From: an uncultured Acidobacteriota bacterium
GTDB lineage: Bacteria > Acidobacteriota > Thermoanaerobaculia > UBA5066 > DATFVB01
Assembly (NCBI GenBank): GCA_963813155.1
Contig: CAWEYG010000001.1
Location: 128,001-192,000, forward strand
Length of the DNA stretch: 64,000 nt
Reading direction: 5' to 3'
Every line of letters starts with the position of its first letter. Within the stretch, counting starts at the first letter, position 1. The translations under genes were made by a program, and so were the position numbers. Shown here piece after piece: positions 62,254 through 64,000 of this stretch. The notes under the pieces were generated by a model. The model was not told where the DNA came from. It saw only the letters and a list, made by a program, of their open reading frames with translations, and made no database searches.

Positions 62254-63935
62254 TTCGACTCCTCGCAAGCTTCGGAAACGCGGCGCGCGAGCTCGCGCAG
62301 CCCCTCCGCCGACGGGCCCGAACAGCGGACCTTCAGGAACCGGCGCTTCCGGGAAAGCAGCGCGCGGGCGTCGCCGATCGCCTGCGCCTCGAGAAACGCG
62401 GCGAATCCGTAGGCCGCCGCCGGTATCGCGACGTCGCCTTCGCCGGGCGCGACGAACTGGAGGAACAATCCCTCGTCCGGGCCCCCCTTGTGGAGCTGAC
62501 CGGTCGAGTGAAGAAAACGCGGGCCGAACCCCACGGTCGTCGCGCAGGAGGTCGAATCGCGCAGCTTCGCGCGAAGGCCCTCCACGATCGCCTCGTTCTC
62601 GCCGTCGCGTTCCGCGTAGATCTGAAGTGACAGGTAATCCTTTCCCGGTCGGGCCGACCGAAGGAAATCGCGCAGGCTCGGACCGGAGAGTTCAAACCAG
62701 CCTTCCAGCCGACCGGCCTCTCCCTCCGGGAGCCGGCCGCTCCGTTCGAACTCTTCCAGCACCGCGGCGGTGTTGTCCTTCGATTCCTGAACGTTGGGCT
62801 GATCGAACGCGTCGATTCCGAGAAGCGACCCGGCGACCGCGACGGCGAATTCCCAGACGAACATCCGGGCGGCAAGATCGTAGCGGTCGTTCGACGAAAA
62901 GGCGGCAACCGGGTGGCCGGCCGCGGCGAGCGCATCCAGCCTCGACTCCGCCGAGCCGTCCGAATCGCCGCGCAGGCGTTCGTAAACGAAGAACCGGTCG
63001 TTTCCGTAGACCTCCGGTCCGCCGAGCGGCTCCCCTTCCACCGGAACGACGCCGCGCCCTTCCTTCCCCGTCGATTCCGCGACAAGCTGCTCGAGCCAGG
63101 TCCCGAACGTCGCGAGCGCCGGGGAACAGACGATCGTGAGCTTGTCCCTGCCGATCCGGGCGAGCGCGCCGAGCGCGGCGCCGAGCTCGAGGCCGGGATT
63201 GTTCCGCTGCTCCCGGCACGCCGCCATTGCGCCGCGCGCGCGGGACAGCAGTTTCGAAATGTCCGCTCCGCAGAGCGCGGCCGGGACGAGACCGAAACAC
63301 GAGAGCGCGGAATAACGTCCCCCGATGTCGGGGAAGTTCCGAAAGACTTTCGAAAACCGCTCCTCGGACGCGAGAACGTCCAGCGGCGAACCGGGATCGG
63401 TGATCGCCACGAACCGCTTCGCCGCGGCGGCTGCCGATCCCGTGGCGGCCTCCGCTTCCGCGCGAAAGTACCGCTCGTGCGTCCGCGTCTCTAGCGTAGA
63501 ACCGGATTTCGAGGCGATGAGGAAGACCGTTCGGGCGGGATCGATCCGGGCGCGCACGGACCGGACCTGCTCGGGCGAAGTCGAATCGAGGACGATCAGC
63601 CGCGGGCGATCGGTCCGCTGAAACGTGCTTGCGAACACTTCCGGAGCGAGGGAAGAGCCGCCCATGCCGCACAGCACGGCATTCGGTACATCCGCCACCT
63701 GGCGGCACCACGAATCGATCTCCCCGATCCTCGCCTGCATCCCGTCGGCCACGTCGAGCCACCCGAGCGCGTTTTCGATGATCTTTCGGTGCTCCGCGGA
63801 CGATTTCCAGACGGTGGGGTCTCTCCGCCAGATTCGCGCCGCGGTCTGGCGCGCCCGAAGCTCCGCGAGCGAGTTTTCCCACGCCGCGCCTCCCGCCGCG
63901 AGCCGGAAAAATCGGTCCGGCGGGGGGCGTCTCAC
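62250..63935 (-). CDS. pgi: Glucose-6-phosphate isomerase (Tal-Pgi-associated type)
   Basis: LGWL, GMGGSSL, SKSGST.ET, IGGRYSAL, EQLVAESTGK, FDQPNVQESK, GPRFLHSTGQLHKGG. Confidence 0.88.
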   Translation of the reverse strand: MRRPPPDRFFRLAAGGAAWENSLAELRARQTAARIWRRDPTVWKSSAEHRKIIENALGWLDVADGMQARIGEIDSWCRQVADVPNAVLCGMGGSSLAPEVFASTFQRTDRPRLIVLDSTSPEQVRSVRARIDPARTVFLIASKSGSTLETRTHERYFRAEAEAATGSAAAAAKRFVAITDPGSPLDVLASEERFSKVFRNFPDIGGRYSALSCFGLVPAALCGADISKLLSRARGAMAACREQRNNPGLELGAALGALARIGRDKLTIVCSPALATFGTWLEQLVAESTGKEGRGVVPVEGEPLGGPEVYGNDRFFVYERLRGDSDGSAESRLDALAAAGHPVAAFSSNDRYDLAARMFVWEFAVAVAGSLLGIDAFDQPNVQESKDNTAAVLEEFERSGRLPEGEAGRLEGWFELSGPSLRDFLRSARPGKDYLSLQIYAERDGENEAIVEGLRAKLRDSTSCATTVGFGPRFLHSTGQLHKGGPDEGLFLQFVAPGEGDVAIPAAAYGFAAFLEAQAIGDARALLSRKRRFLKVRCSGPSAEGLRELARRVSEACEESK

Positions 63936-64000
63936 GCGCGCGCGGCCACGCCCGGGAGCTGCCGGCGCTTGCTTTCGAGGCCGGCGAGGAGCTCCGCGTA
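63932..64000 (-). CDS. 3' end of the upstream gene, probably transaldolase
   Basis: Reads YAELLAGLESKRRQLPGVAARA*; the stop overlaps the pgi GTG; identity inferred from operon context. Confidence 0.5.
   Translation of the reverse strand, partial: YAELLAGLESKRRQLPGVAARA

Noticed and set aside
63925-63940. tal/pgi split as another sequencing error in a fused Tal-Pgi
   Set aside because: The clean GTGA overlap is typical of translational coupling, and fusion would need the opposite indel from all other errors here.

Overview
High-GC bacterial chromosomal segment. The gene repertoire (Ser/Thr kinase-beta-propeller fusions, a GloVer/TIGR03803-type repeat protein, a TIGR03118 protein, a 'PGxxGxxFRSD'-type secreted protein) suggests Acidobacteriota, probably Thermoanaerobaculia-like (inference). 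About 45 genes, mostly housekeeping or envelope: cyclic beta-1,2-glucan synthase, yefM-yoeB, a LeuB-like dehydrogenase, UvrD/PcrA, ispG, egtB-egtD, aroC, aroF-carA-lolE-carB-O-antigen ligase-M23, acyl-CoA dehydrogenase-meaB-mce, an MglA-like GTPase, cls, an EF-G paralogue, yccA and tal-pgi-gnd-zwf-pgl. I found no rRNA, tRNA, CRISPR array, transposase or phage genes. Six +1 frameshifts, mostly in short homopolymers, look like long-read errors. The most interesting signal is a ~125-140 nt non-coding element present twice, 41 kb apart (14761-14884 on +, 55579-55716 on -). It forms a long rod hairpin with compensatory base changes and an invariant loop 12-mer (GGACTTTGCTAC), and both copies start 1-3 nt after a same-strand stop codon. 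It is a candidate undescribed structured RNA or small mobile element. Other points of note: a probable CTG-start kinase, a WsfD-like frame beginning in-frame right after the yccA amber stop, widespread leaderless-type promoters, a REP-like palindrome inside a gene's N-terminus, and a fungal-Egt1-like sulfoxide synthase.
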